Below, one piece after another: positions 1 through 9,262 of a stretch of DNA of 64,000 nt; position 1 is the stretch's first letter, and each line of letters opens with the position of its first letter. A model generated the notes under the pieces. That model made no database searches. It saw only the letters and a list, made by a program, of their open reading frames with translations, and was not told the DNA's origin. The translations under genes and the position numbers were made by a program. Source of the stretch: Candidatus Thiothrix moscowensis (lineage in GTDB: Bacteria > Pseudomonadota > Gammaproteobacteria > Thiotrichales > Thiotrichaceae); assembly GCA_016292235.1 (NCBI GenBank), contig JAEHNX010000017.1, positions 574 to 64,573 of the forward strand. The letters are read 5' to 3'.

Positions 1-11
1 TCAGCAAATTT

Positions 12-416
12 GTGCGTTACACCCGTATCCGTGAGCTGGCTGCTGAAGAAATCGTGGCAGATATTGGTGAACTCAGCGACCGTTTTTATCTGGTGATTGG
101 CGGGGCTGTCAAACTGTTGCAGGTGGATGGTGAGCGGGAATTTGAAGTCGGTCATTTGGAACCGGGTAGTCTGGTGGGGGAAATGTCTTTCTTTGACCGC
201 CATCCGCGCACGGTACGCATCCGCGCCCGCCATAACGGAGTGCGTCTGCTGGAAATCAACCGGCAAATGTATAACCGCATCCGTATTGAAGAGCCTTATA
301 TTGCGACCAATCTGCTGGAATTCGTGATACGCAGCCTGGATTCGCTGGTGCGCTATCTGAGTGATGAAAATGCCAAGCTGCACAAGCGTTTGGGCGGGGA
401 AGACGACGCTACCTGA
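12..416 (+). CDS. Cyclic-nucleotide-binding (cNMP/Crp-type) domain protein, probably 5'-truncated by the window edge
   Basis: FYLVIGGAVKL...GxLVGEMSFFDRHPRTVRIRA matches the cNMP beta-barrel (GE..R.A/T). The frame is open back to base 3. Confidence 0.75.
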   Translation: MRYTRIRELAAEEIVADIGELSDRFYLVIGGAVKLLQVDGEREFEVGHLEPGSLVGEMSFFDRHPRTVRIRARHNGVRLLEINRQMYNRIRIEEPYIATNLLEFVIRSLDSLVRYLSDENAKLHKRLGGEDDAT

Positions 417-437
417 CGGGGGGCGCAACACACAAAG

Positions 438-463
438 AAAAGACCAGTCGATGCTGGCCTTTT
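438..463 (-). terminator. Intrinsic terminator between convergent genes
   Basis: Minus strand AAGGCCAG-CATCGA-CTGGTCTT then TTCTTT; T-run also on the plus side. Confidence 0.6.
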
Positions 464-487
464 CCCTTTTATCCTGTGGCAACAGGC

Positions 488-1351
488 TTATTTTTTGTCG
501 CCTTCAGGCTTTTTGTCGCCTTCGGCTGGTTTGGCATCCGCAGCAGGCTTTGCATCAGCGGCTGGTTTGGCATCCGCAGCAGGCTTTGCGTCAGCGGCTG
601 GTTTGGCCTCTGCCGCAGGTGCAGCACCGCCTGCCGGTTTGGCGGTAGTCAGGCCAAGAATAGCCCAATCCTGCATACCACCGCGATACCACTTGATCTT
701 GTCAGCAGGGTAGCCGAATTTCAGCAGTTGCTTGATGTTGGTAGGGGATTGACCGCACCACATGCCGTTACAGAACATGACCAGTGTTTTTGCACCGGAA
801 TAGTCAAACACTTTGCTGACTGCATCGCCACCAGCAGCAACGGCTTCGTCAACAGCCATGGAATCCTTGCCTGCGGCCAGTTTCACGCCGAATTTGTCCT
901 GCATGATCGCGATGATGCCATCCGTGGTTGCACCTTTGTCAGGTGCCAGACCCTCCCATGGAATGTTGACAGAACCTGGAATGGTGCCTTTCTCAACCCA
1001 GTCAGGAGTACGGGAATCCACAACCAACACGTTTTTGTCGCCGCCACTGACTTTTTCCAGATAGCCCAACATGCCCAGTTCTGCGATGGTTTCGACCCCA
1101 TCGGCAATCTTGTCAGGCTGGATGCAGAAAGGTGGGCAAGGGCGTGATGTTTTGGCGAAATCGGCAACAACGGTAGCGCTGTTGTCCTGATTACGCTTGA
1201 TTTCGACGGTTTCACTGCCGTGTTTAACGCTAACGCTCATTTTGTCGGCAGTGATGCCAACTGGCTTGGCTTCGCCTTCAGCCAACGCTGCGCCAGACAA
1301 GCTCAGGCCAGCAGCCAGTGCGGCAATACCGATCATTTGAGTAAATTTCAT
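488..1351 (-). CDS. Periplasmic rhodanese-domain sulfurtransferase (SoxL-like) with Ala/Pro/Lys-rich C-terminal tail
   Basis: Sec signal peptide; RPCPPFCIQP; VDSRTPDW...GTIPGSVNIPW; active-loop FCNGMWCGQS; WYRGGMQDW; RBS GGAGG. Confidence 0.85.
   Translation of the reverse strand: MKFTQMIGIAALAAGLSLSGAALAEGEAKPVGITADKMSVSVKHGSETVEIKRNQDNSATVVADFAKTSRPCPPFCIQPDKIADGVETIAELGMLGYLEKVSGGDKNVLVVDSRTPDWVEKGTIPGSVNIPWEGLAPDKGATTDGIIAIMQDKFGVKLAAGKDSMAVDEAVAAGGDAVSKVFDYSGAKTLVMFCNGMWCGQSPTNIKQLLKFGYPADKIKWYRGGMQDWAILGLTTAKPAGGAAPAAEAKPAADAKPAADAKPAADAKPAADAKPAEGDKKPEGDKK
524..613 (-). repeat. 18-bp (ADAKPA) coding repeats organised as 36-bp higher-order units
   Basis: GGCTGGTTTGGCATCCGCAGCAGGCTTTGC(A/G)TCAGC at 524 and 560, partial copy at 596. 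Confidence 0.9.
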
Positions 1352-1446
1352 GTATATCCTCCAGTTTTCAGGTTTCGGCTATGATTAGGCTGGTTCCAGA
1401 CTCTCTCCTCCCGAAATGCCAGCCAAAAGGGTGTAAGATTACTGCC

Positions 1447-1782
1447 TTATTTGCAATCCGGTTCGTCATCACCTTTCTTTTCGCCAGTTTCAGCCTTTTT
1501 CTCACCGCCTTCGGCAGGTTTGGCGTCAGTGGCAGGGGCGGCAGCTTGTGTGCCATCTGCCGGTTTGGCGTCAGTGGCAGGGGCGGCAGCTTGTGTGCCA
1601 TCTGCCGGTTTGGCATCAGTGGCAGGTGCAGCAGCTTGTGTTCCATTCGTGCCGCTCACCTGTGTCTGGTCAGCAGGTTTGGTGTCGGTTGTGGTGTTTT
1701 GGGCAGCTTTGTCTTCCGCAACAGCAGTGATGCTGATGGCAGATAATGCAGCCAGTAAAATAATGAAGGGAAGTTTTTTCAT
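1447..1782 (-). CDS. Small secreted low-complexity protein ending in DDEPDCK
   Basis: Signal peptide MKKLPFIILLAALSAISITAVA; three 15-aa repeats; a single Cys as penultimate residue. Confidence 0.8.
   Translation of the reverse strand: MKKLPFIILLAALSAISITAVAEDKAAQNTTTDTKPADQTQVSGTNGTQAAAPATDAKPADGTQAAAPATDAKPADGTQAAAPATDAKPAEGGEKKAETGEKKGDDEPDCK
1517..1651 (-). repeat. 45-bp tandem repeat x3 (DGTQAAAPATDAKPA)
   Basis: Identical copies start at 1517 and 1562; a degenerate copy starts at 1607. Confidence 0.9.
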
Positions 1783-1949
1783 GGTCTTGATCCTGCTTGC
1801 ATAAAAAGCACTATTTCTAATGCGCCCATAGGTTTATCAGAAATCCTTAGTGGCGACAAGTGTTAATGTTCGCAGTTTGAGAGACAGTAATGACGGTAGA
1901 AAGTTCCTGTTAAACAATGATTTAGTATTTAATTAAATGCTTATGTCTT

Positions 1950-2387
1950 TTAGGTCTGTAGCCAGAATGTAACAGGCCCGTCATTTACCAGTAATACCTG
2001 CATGTCAGCAGAGAAAATACCCTTCTGGATGTGAGTTAATTGCTGCAATGCACTATGACAAAAGGTGTCAAATAATATTTTCCCTTTATCCGGCGACGCG
2101 GCTGGTGTAAAACTCGGGCGCATCCCTTTGCGTGTATCCGCAGGTAATGTGAATTGGGGAACAACCAACAATTCTCCCTGGATGTCGAGCAGTGACAGGT
2201 TCATGCGCCCGTTTTCATCCGGGAAAATGCGGTAGTTCAGCACCCGGTGTAGCAACTTGTCGGCATGAGCCGGGGTGTCTTCTTTTTCCACCCCCAGCAG
2301 CAGCAGAATGCCTTTCTCGATCTGCCCGACCGTGACACCTTCCACATCCACTTGGGCATGGGTAACACGCTGGATCAGGCCAATCAT
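1950..2387 (-). CDS. dtd: D-aminoacyl-tRNA deacylase
   Basis: MIGLIQRV start overlapping the pip stop (ATGA); LNYRIF, QFTL, GxRPSF and NDGPVT motifs. Confidence 0.95.
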   Translation of the reverse strand: MIGLIQRVTHAQVDVEGVTVGQIEKGILLLLGVEKEDTPAHADKLLHRVLNYRIFPDENGRMNLSLLDIQGELLVVPQFTLPADTRKGMRPSFTPAASPDKGKILFDTFCHSALQQLTHIQKGIFSADMQVLLVNDGPVTFWLQT

Positions 2388-3340
2388 TCCAGATGCTCCA
2401 GCAGTTTTTCGGTGGCTTCCACCAGCGCTTGCTGGATCAAGGGTTCGCTGGCAGCATGACCACAACCGGGGACAAGTTTGAAATCGGCGTTAGGCCATGC
2501 CTGATGCAGGGCGAAAGCCTGTTCTGGCGGGCAGATCATGTCGTAACGCCCATGAATGATGCTGCCCGGCAAATGCGCAATACGGTGGGCGTCACGCAAT
2601 AATTGATCGGGTTCCAGAAAGCCCTGATGGATGAAGTAATGGGCTTCGATACGTGCAACGCTCATGGCGGTGTAAGGGTCAGAAAAATGTGCCAGAACGC
2701 TGTCTTTGGTTTGCAGGTTGGCAGTGCGGCCTTCCCAGATTGCCCAGGCTTTGGCCGCCTGCATCCGCGCAATCTCGTTTTCCCCGGTCAGGCGTTTGTA
2801 ATAGGCATCGACCAGATTGCCGCGTTCAGCTTCAGGAATGGGGGCAAGGTAATCCTGCCAGTAGTCGGGGTAAATACGCTCTACCCCGTGCCCCTGTTCG
2901 TAGAACCAGTCAATGTCCCGCTGGCGGCACAGGAAAATGCCACGCAGGATCATGCCACTGACCCGTGCCGGATACTGCTGGGCATAAGCCAGTGCCAGTG
3001 TTGAACCCCACGAGCCACCGAATAACGCCCAGCGTTCAATGCCCAATTCTTCGCGGATCAGCTCCATGTCGGCTACCAGATCCCATGTGGTATTGCGTTC
3101 CAGTGAAGCATGGGGACGCGAACGCCCGCAACCACGCTGATCAAACAGGATAATGCGGTAACGGGTTGGGTCGAAAAACTGGCGATGCCACGGTTCGCAG
3201 CCCGAGCCAGGCCCGCCATGCAGGAACACAATCGGCACACCGTAAGGATTGCCGCATTCCTCAACATAGAGTTCGTGCAACTCATCTACCCGCAGGTAGA
3301 AGTGCCGGTTTTCATGAATGGGCGGGTAAAGTGGGCTCAA
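2384..3340 (-). CDS. pip: Prolyl aminopeptidase (proline iminopeptidase)
   Basis: HGGPG, DQRGCGRS, nucleophile GGSWGS, GHAA; TTG start at 3340 behind AGGAG. Confidence 0.95.
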   Translation of the reverse strand: MSPLYPPIHENRHFYLRVDELHELYVEECGNPYGVPIVFLHGGPGSGCEPWHRQFFDPTRYRIILFDQRGCGRSRPHASLERNTTWDLVADMELIREELGIERWALFGGSWGSTLALAYAQQYPARVSGMILRGIFLCRQRDIDWFYEQGHGVERIYPDYWQDYLAPIPEAERGNLVDAYYKRLTGENEIARMQAAKAWAIWEGRTANLQTKDSVLAHFSDPYTAMSVARIEAHYFIHQGFLEPDQLLRDAHRIAHLPGSIIHGRYDMICPPEQAFALHQAWPNADFKLVPGCGHAASEPLIQQALVEATEKLLEHLE

Positions 3341-3377
3341 TGTTTGGCTCCTGTGTTTTTCAGTTATGGGTAGTATT

Positions 3378-4019
3378 TTACCATCGCGTCGGCAGTTTCC
3401 GCTCAATATAAATCTGTTTGTTTTCCACCCTGATGTATCCACCCTTGCGCAAATCCCCCAGGATGCGGCTGACCATTTCCCGTGAAGATCCAACCATTTC
3501 GGCAATTTCCTGATGGGTCAGGCGCGGGGTTATCTGGTTTTTTTCCCGTTCTTCTGCTTCACGAAGCAATACCCGTGCCACTCGTCCGTACACATCCAGC
3601 GTGGACAAGGAGCGAATGGTGTCATCCAGCGCCCGCAAACGGCTGGCGAGGATACGCAACATTGGCAGCAAGGTATCCGGGTGTGTTTCCACAAAGTGGT
3701 GGAAAGCATCCTGGGTCAGGCGTAGCAGGCGGGTTTTGGCGACCGTCATCACCGAGGCGGAACGTGGCTCATTATCCAGCAGGCTGAGTTCACCGAAAAA
3801 GTCCCCTTTGTTGAGGAAAGACAGGATAGTTTGTCGCCCCTCTTCATCCGTTACGTACACTTTCAAGCGCCCCTCCAGCACGATGTACAGCGAATTGCTG
3901 TATTCGCCTTGGTTGATGATGACGCTGTTGCGTTCATGGCGGATTTCCTGGGTGAGTTTGAGTAAATGTTCAAACTGTTCTGCAGGCAGGTTTTGAAATA
4001 GTGGAATGTCGGCAAACAC
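3378..4019 (-). CDS. Crp/Fnr-family transcriptional regulator
   Basis: cNMP domain (FGELSLL..PRSASV) plus HTH (LTHQEIAEMVGSSREMVSR); GTG start behind GAGGGG. Confidence 0.92.
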   Translation of the reverse strand: MFADIPLFQNLPAEQFEHLLKLTQEIRHERNSVIINQGEYSNSLYIVLEGRLKVYVTDEEGRQTILSFLNKGDFFGELSLLDNEPRSASVMTVAKTRLLRLTQDAFHHFVETHPDTLLPMLRILASRLRALDDTIRSLSTLDVYGRVARVLLREAEEREKNQITPRLTHQEIAEMVGSSREMVSRILGDLRKGGYIRVENKQIYIERKLPTRW

Positions 4020-4193
4020 GGTATTCCCCCCTCGGCGAATCATGTGCCAAGTATGGCACAGATACCATTCGGCGGTGATGTTGATACGTTCAAACCGCAT
4101 AAGAAAAGGGAATTGCCAAAGAGGGGCAAAGCTGGACTATGCTTAGAAGATGGGTTTTGCATGGTAAATTTGAAATCTACACGGAGTTGATTT

Positions 4194-4529
4194 ATGCCAG
4201 CGACAACAACAGGACGTGAGCAGGCAGGTGTTGTTCTTTCCAAACGTGGCAAGGTGACTGCCAAAGGGGCGGGACAGGAGCCGCGAATTCTCAAGCGTGG
4301 TGATGCGGTCTACGGGGATGACGTGGTGCACACCGTGCGGGGGGCGAATGTGCAATTGAAAATGCGTGACCGTAACATCGTGATGTTGCGGGGTGGCAGT
4401 ACTTTCCGGGTCAGTATCTACCATCCGCGAGCCTCCAGTGAAGATGGCCTGCGTTATGAATACGTGGGCGGCATCCTGCGCGAAAGCCAGCGTGATGCCG
4501 TCAGTGCCGGGTTGGGAATCGGAGGCTAA
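4194..4529 (+). CDS. Short FecR-like domain protein or truncated remnant
   Basis: G.V.....G.V.A.....R.L.RGD.VY.DD.V.T......VQL pattern; no signal peptide; stop overlaps the znuA stop. Confidence 0.5.
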   Translation: MPATTTGREQAGVVLSKRGKVTAKGAGQEPRILKRGDAVYGDDVVHTVRGANVQLKMRDRNIVMLRGGSTFRVSIYHPRASSEDGLRYEYVGGILRESQRDAVSAGLGIGG

Positions 4530-5470
4530 CGCAAGCAGTCAGCAAAGCTGTTAGCCGCGTTTTGCAATAAAACCGTGTAGGTTTTGTCGTCCAGTGGTAG
4601 CCCCACGCCTAGCGGGTCGACTTGCCCAAGGTGAATGCTGCTGTTTTCCACCAGCGTCTTGATCAGGGCAGGCGAGAACTGTGGCTCTTCAAACAGGCAT
4701 ACCGCTTGCTTGTCGGCAATGATTTGGCGGATGTGGCTGACATGGCGAGCACCCGGTGAACGTGCCACATCTAGCGTGACGGCTCCGGCAAAGTTCAGGT
4801 CGTAATGCGTGTCGAAATGCTGCCATGCATCGTGGAAACTGAGGTAAGGCCGCCCACGCAAAGGTTCCAGTTGTTGGCGGATTTGCGCGTCGGTAGTCTG
4901 GATACGTTGCACCAGTTGTGCAGCGTTGTTTGCGTAGTCTTCCCGGTGGGCGGGGTCGGCTTGCGCCAGTACGCGGGCAATTTCATGAGTCATGGCAATG
5001 GCATTCTGCGGATTTAGCCACAGGTGTAAGTCTTTGCTGCTATTCGTGGGGGGAGTTTCATCATGTTGGTGGGTATCTTCGCGGTTTTCAGCGTGATAAT
5101 GCGGTAGGCGGTTAGGCAAGTGTTGCAAGCCGGGTGTATCTGCTAGCGTAACGATGTGCGTGTGGCTGCCCAGACCTGTCAATGGTTTGTCGAGAAAGGT
5201 TTCTAGCCCGCTATCAATGCGAAAAATGACACGGGCGTTTTCCAGTGTGCGCATATCGGAAGGCTTGAGCGCATAATGGTGAGGTGATGTCCCATCTGGC
5301 AGCAACTGCTGTAACTCCAGCGCTTGATTGGCATCACCTGCCACCGCATACACCAGTGCTTGGATCGGCTTGATGGTACTGACAATCAACAGCCTGGACT
5401 CAGTTTCCTGCTGGCAGGACTGTAAAAGCGGTACGCACAGCAGCAGGAAAATCGTTAGAATACGCAGCAT
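4526..5470 (-). CDS. znuA: Zinc ABC transporter substrate-binding protein
   Basis: STIKPI, SPHHY, His-rich loop, DLHLWLNP, FHDAW, CLFEEPQF, DPLG; lipobox-like LQSC. Confidence 0.9.
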   Translation of the reverse strand: MLRILTIFLLLCVPLLQSCQQETESRLLIVSTIKPIQALVYAVAGDANQALELQQLLPDGTSPHHYALKPSDMRTLENARVIFRIDSGLETFLDKPLTGLGSHTHIVTLADTPGLQHLPNRLPHYHAENREDTHQHDETPPTNSSKDLHLWLNPQNAIAMTHEIARVLAQADPAHREDYANNAAQLVQRIQTTDAQIRQQLEPLRGRPYLSFHDAWQHFDTHYDLNFAGAVTLDVARSPGARHVSHIRQIIADKQAVCLFEEPQFSPALIKTLVENSSIHLGQVDPLGVGLPLDDKTYTVLLQNAANSFADCLR

Positions 5471-5496
5471 TTTTTACTCTCAAACATTGACAGGTC

Positions 5497-6261
5497 ATGC
5501 CCAACACCTTTTTGGCAAAACTGGAACATATCAGCCTGGGCTTTGGGCAGCGTGTGATTTTGCACGATGTTGGCTTCGAAGTGTACCCGCAAAGCATTCT
5601 CACCCTGATTGGCCCTAACGGTGCAGGCAAGTCGACCTTGCTCAAGGTATTGCTGGGTTTGCAGCAGGCAGATACGGGCAAGATCTGGCGTATGCCTGGT
5701 TTGCGGGTAGGTTACATGCCGCAAAAATTTCACCTTGACCGGCTGTTGCCCTTGACCGTAGAGCATTTCATCGGTTTGCGTCTGCCTCGACATGACCGGG
5801 AAGCTGTCAGGCAGAGTGCAGAAGAAACAGGGGTTATCGACTTGCTGGGGCAGCCAGCGCAATCCTTGTCTGGTGGGGAATGGCAGCGGGTGCTGCTGGC
5901 ACGTGCCTTGCTGGGCAAGCCGCATTTGCTGGTGCTGGATGAGCCGGGGCAAGGGGTAGATGTCACAGGGCTGAGCGACTTGTACCAGTTGATCAACCGC
6001 CTGAAACAGCAACATGGCTATGGGGTGCTGATGGTGTCGCATGACCTGCATCTGGTAATGGCTGCGACTGACCAGGTACTGTGCCTGAATGGGCATATCT
6101 GCTGTTCCGGGCAGCCGGAAGCGGTATCGCGCCACCCGGAATATTTGCGCCTGTTTGGTGACTGGCGTACCGCTGAGCTGGGAGTTTACACCCACCACCA
6201 TGACCACCAACATGATATGCACGGTTGCGTCATTCCCCACAAGGATAATTCGCATGGATGA
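5497..6261 (+). CDS. znuC: Zinc ABC transporter ATP-binding protein
   Basis: Walker A GPNGAGKST, LSGGE, LVLDEP; HICCSGQPE and His-rich tail. Confidence 0.92.
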   Translation: MPNTFLAKLEHISLGFGQRVILHDVGFEVYPQSILTLIGPNGAGKSTLLKVLLGLQQADTGKIWRMPGLRVGYMPQKFHLDRLLPLTVEHFIGLRLPRHDREAVRQSAEETGVIDLLGQPAQSLSGGEWQRVLLARALLGKPHLLVLDEPGQGVDVTGLSDLYQLINRLKQQHGYGVLMVSHDLHLVMAATDQVLCLNGHICCSGQPEAVSRHPEYLRLFGDWRTAELGVYTHHHDHQHDMHGCVIPHKDNSHG

Positions 6262-7042
6262 TTTTGTCTGGCGTGCTTTGCTGGCAGGTGCGGCTGTGGT
6301 GCTGATGAGTGGTGTGCTGGGGGTATTTCTGCTGTGGCGGCGTATGGCTTATTTCGGCGACACCCTATCGCATTCGGCTTTGCTGGGGGTGGCAATCGGT
6401 CTGATGAGCGGTACGAGCCTGAATGTATGGATCATGTTGGTGTGTGTACTGGTGGCGTTGCTGATGCTGTATGTACAGCATAATCCCGTACTGGGCAGCG
6501 ATACCTTACTGGGGATTATCGGGCACAGTGCGCTGGCACTGGGTACGGTGGCACTCACATTCCTTCCAGAAGTCAGGGTTGATCTGATGGCTTACCTGTT
6601 TGGTGATATTCTCGCGGTCAGCATGACAGATATTGTGTTGACCTGGGTGTTGGCAGGCGTGGTCGTTGGTGTCATGGCATGGATTTGGCGACCGCTGCTA
6701 TCCCTGTCAGTCCATGCGGAGCTGGCACAGGTGGAAGGGGTAAATACCTGGCGCATCAGTGCTGTTTACATGCTGCTGGTGGCATTGATGGTGGCGGTGG
6801 CAATGAAAGTGATTGGCGTGTTGTTGCTGACCTCTCTGTTGATTATCCCGGCAGCAACGGCACGGCGCTTTGCTTCCACCCCGGAAATGATGGCGCTACT
6901 GGCAGTTTTGGCGGGGGTGTTGGCGCTGCTGGGCGGCATGTTGCTTTCCCTGCAACTGGATACCCCGACAGGCCCCAGTATTGTGGTGGTTGCCAGTGCC
7001 CTGTTCATTCTGGTGCAATTGGTGCGCCCATCCGGCACTTGA
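6254..7042 (+). CDS. znuB: Zinc ABC transporter permease
   Basis: WRRMAYFGDTLSH, LFGDIL, KVIGVLL, LIIPAATAR, DTPTGPSIV; ATG at 6254 overlaps the znuC end. Confidence 0.92.
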   Translation: MDDFVWRALLAGAAVVLMSGVLGVFLLWRRMAYFGDTLSHSALLGVAIGLMSGTSLNVWIMLVCVLVALLMLYVQHNPVLGSDTLLGIIGHSALALGTVALTFLPEVRVDLMAYLFGDILAVSMTDIVLTWVLAGVVVGVMAWIWRPLLSLSVHAELAQVEGVNTWRISAVYMLLVALMVAVAMKVIGVLLLTSLLIIPAATARRFASTPEMMALLAVLAGVLALLGGMLLSLQLDTPTGPSIVVVASALFILVQLVRPSGT

Positions 7043-7136
7043 ATGGTGCGTAACAGCAAAAAATCCATTGTGCGATGCACAATAACATGCTACAAGATCA
7101 TGACATAGGGGTAGCCCTAATGTTTCTTGCCACTAA

Positions 7137-7670
<534 letters not shown>

Positions 7671-7732
7671 GGGCATCCCGATTATCATAATTTTGATACA
7701 GGTTAATGTTATCTTGCTGGGCTGGCTGCTAA

Positions 7733-8020
<288 letters not shown>

Positions 8021-8046
8021 TTTTCCTGCCAGTTTTACCTGTACTG

Positions 8047-8066
8047 ACGCCCGCTGTTGCGGGCGT
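8047..8066. terminator. Hairpin between the convergent ferredoxin and peroxidase genes
   Basis: ACGCCCGC-TGTT-GCGGGCGT 8-bp stem. Confidence 0.55.
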
Positions 8067-8074
8067 TGCCGTTT

Positions 8075-9262
8075 TCAGAGGATGCGCAAAAAGCTGAGCA
8101 ACTGGTGCTTTTCGGTGACATCCAGCTCAATGGTTGGCAACTCATTGTCACGTCGCTGCCCGGTTTGACGGGATGCTTCCACATAATAATCCACCACTTC
8201 TTCCAGCGTTGCCATGCGCCCGTCATGAAAATAGGGGGCGGTTTGTGCCACATTGCGCAAGCCGGGAACCTTGAAAGCCCCCGCAAGCGCATGACGGCTG
8301 CGTGACAGGAATTTCAGCTCACCACAATCGTCGTCGCTTGCGTCACTGTATTCACCCAGACAGTTGAAACGGTCAGTCAGGATGGCATCCAGCACGGCTG
8401 CCCGTCCGCTGTCTTGCCCGAGGCTGCCAGTACCGATGTTCTGGAAAGTCTGGTTGCTGAGCAAAGGGCCGGAATGGCACAGGATGCATTGCGCCTTGCC
8501 GATAAACAGGCGTGCCCCGGCAGCAGCTTCCGGGGAAAGTGCTGTTTGCGGCAGGTTGTCAAGGGCATTGGCAGGTGGCGGCAGGCTGTTGACATAGGCG
8601 GCAACGGCCTTGCCCAGATGGGCGAAAGTACGGTCAACCTGCTGGCGTTGCTGGCTATCCATCTGTTTCCATGCCTGTAACTGCGTCAGCGTACCGTCGG
8701 GGCTGGCATCTTCCGGCAGGTGTTGCCACCACTCACTGTCAGTCGGGGTGACAAACAGTTGGGTAAATTGCTGGCGGTAGTGTGGGTCTTGCAGCAACAG
8801 GCGGATAATGCGGGTACGGGTCATGCCGTGTTCTGCCGGGTTTTCCAGGGGGGCAAGGGCTTGTGACCACAGACTGTCCTTGCGCCCATCCCAGAAAAAC
8901 CAGTCGTTGTAGGCAACACCGGGCAGGGCAGGGGTATTGCGTGTGCCGCGTGCCAGTGCTTCCGCCACGGTTTTGCCATCGCTGAAAGCCTTGTCTGGCT
9001 GGTGACAGGTAGCACAGGCAACCTTGCCATTGCGGCTGAGGCGTTGGTCAAAGAATAGTTGCCTGCCGAGATCAACCGCTGCCGGATGGTGCAGGACGGC
9101 GTTGGAAGCATCCTGTAGCGCAGGCAGGTTTTGCAGGCGCAGGGTTTGTAGGATGGCAAGTTCCTGTTCATTCCACGTGCTGCTGTCTTTTTCCGTCTGC
9201 CATGCCCAGCCTGTCAGCAATGTACTGGCGAGCATGACAGCCACCAGCCAGCCTGTTTTCAT
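8075..9262 (-). CDS. Di-heme cytochrome c peroxidase superfamily protein, MauG/MbnH-like
   Basis: Signal peptide; CATCH (9002-9016) and CILCH (8474-8488); FFWDGR; FKVPGLRN..TAPYFHDG..TLEEVVDYY; ATG coupled to the upstream stop (TGATG). Confidence 0.88.
   Translation of the reverse strand: MKTGWLVAVMLASTLLTGWAWQTEKDSSTWNEQELAILQTLRLQNLPALQDASNAVLHHPAAVDLGRQLFFDQRLSRNGKVACATCHQPDKAFSDGKTVAEALARGTRNTPALPGVAYNDWFFWDGRKDSLWSQALAPLENPAEHGMTRTRIIRLLLQDPHYRQQFTQLFVTPTDSEWWQHLPEDASPDGTLTQLQAWKQMDSQQRQQVDRTFAHLGKAVAAYVNSLPPPANALDNLPQTALSPEAAAGARLFIGKAQCILCHSGPLLSNQTFQNIGTGSLGQDSGRAAVLDAILTDRFNCLGEYSDASDDDCGELKFLSRSRHALAGAFKVPGLRNVAQTAPYFHDGRMATLEEVVDYYVEASRQTGQRRDNELPTIELDVTEKHQLLSFLRIL

Noticed and set aside
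1388-1424. GGCTGG...CCAGCC stem in the spacer upstream of the rhodanese
   Set aside because: Only 6 bp with a 25-nt loop and no riboswitch signature that I can recognise.
2384-4100. Long N-terminal extensions in the ORF track for pip, crp, dtd (also secE, rplA, rpsL, bioB, zapD)
   Set aside because: Downstream starts with a proper RBS or coupling match the family N-termini; the extensions are ORF-caller artefacts.
4515-4529. C-terminal Gly-Gly of the FecR-like ORF suggesting a ThiS/MoaD-type sulfur carrier
   Set aside because: The sequence pattern is FecR-like, not beta-grasp; the GG probably derives from the GIRG motif.
7680-7700. GATTATCATAAT, a partial Fur-box-like sequence upstream of the ferredoxin
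   Set aside because: Too degenerate in an AT-rich spacer.
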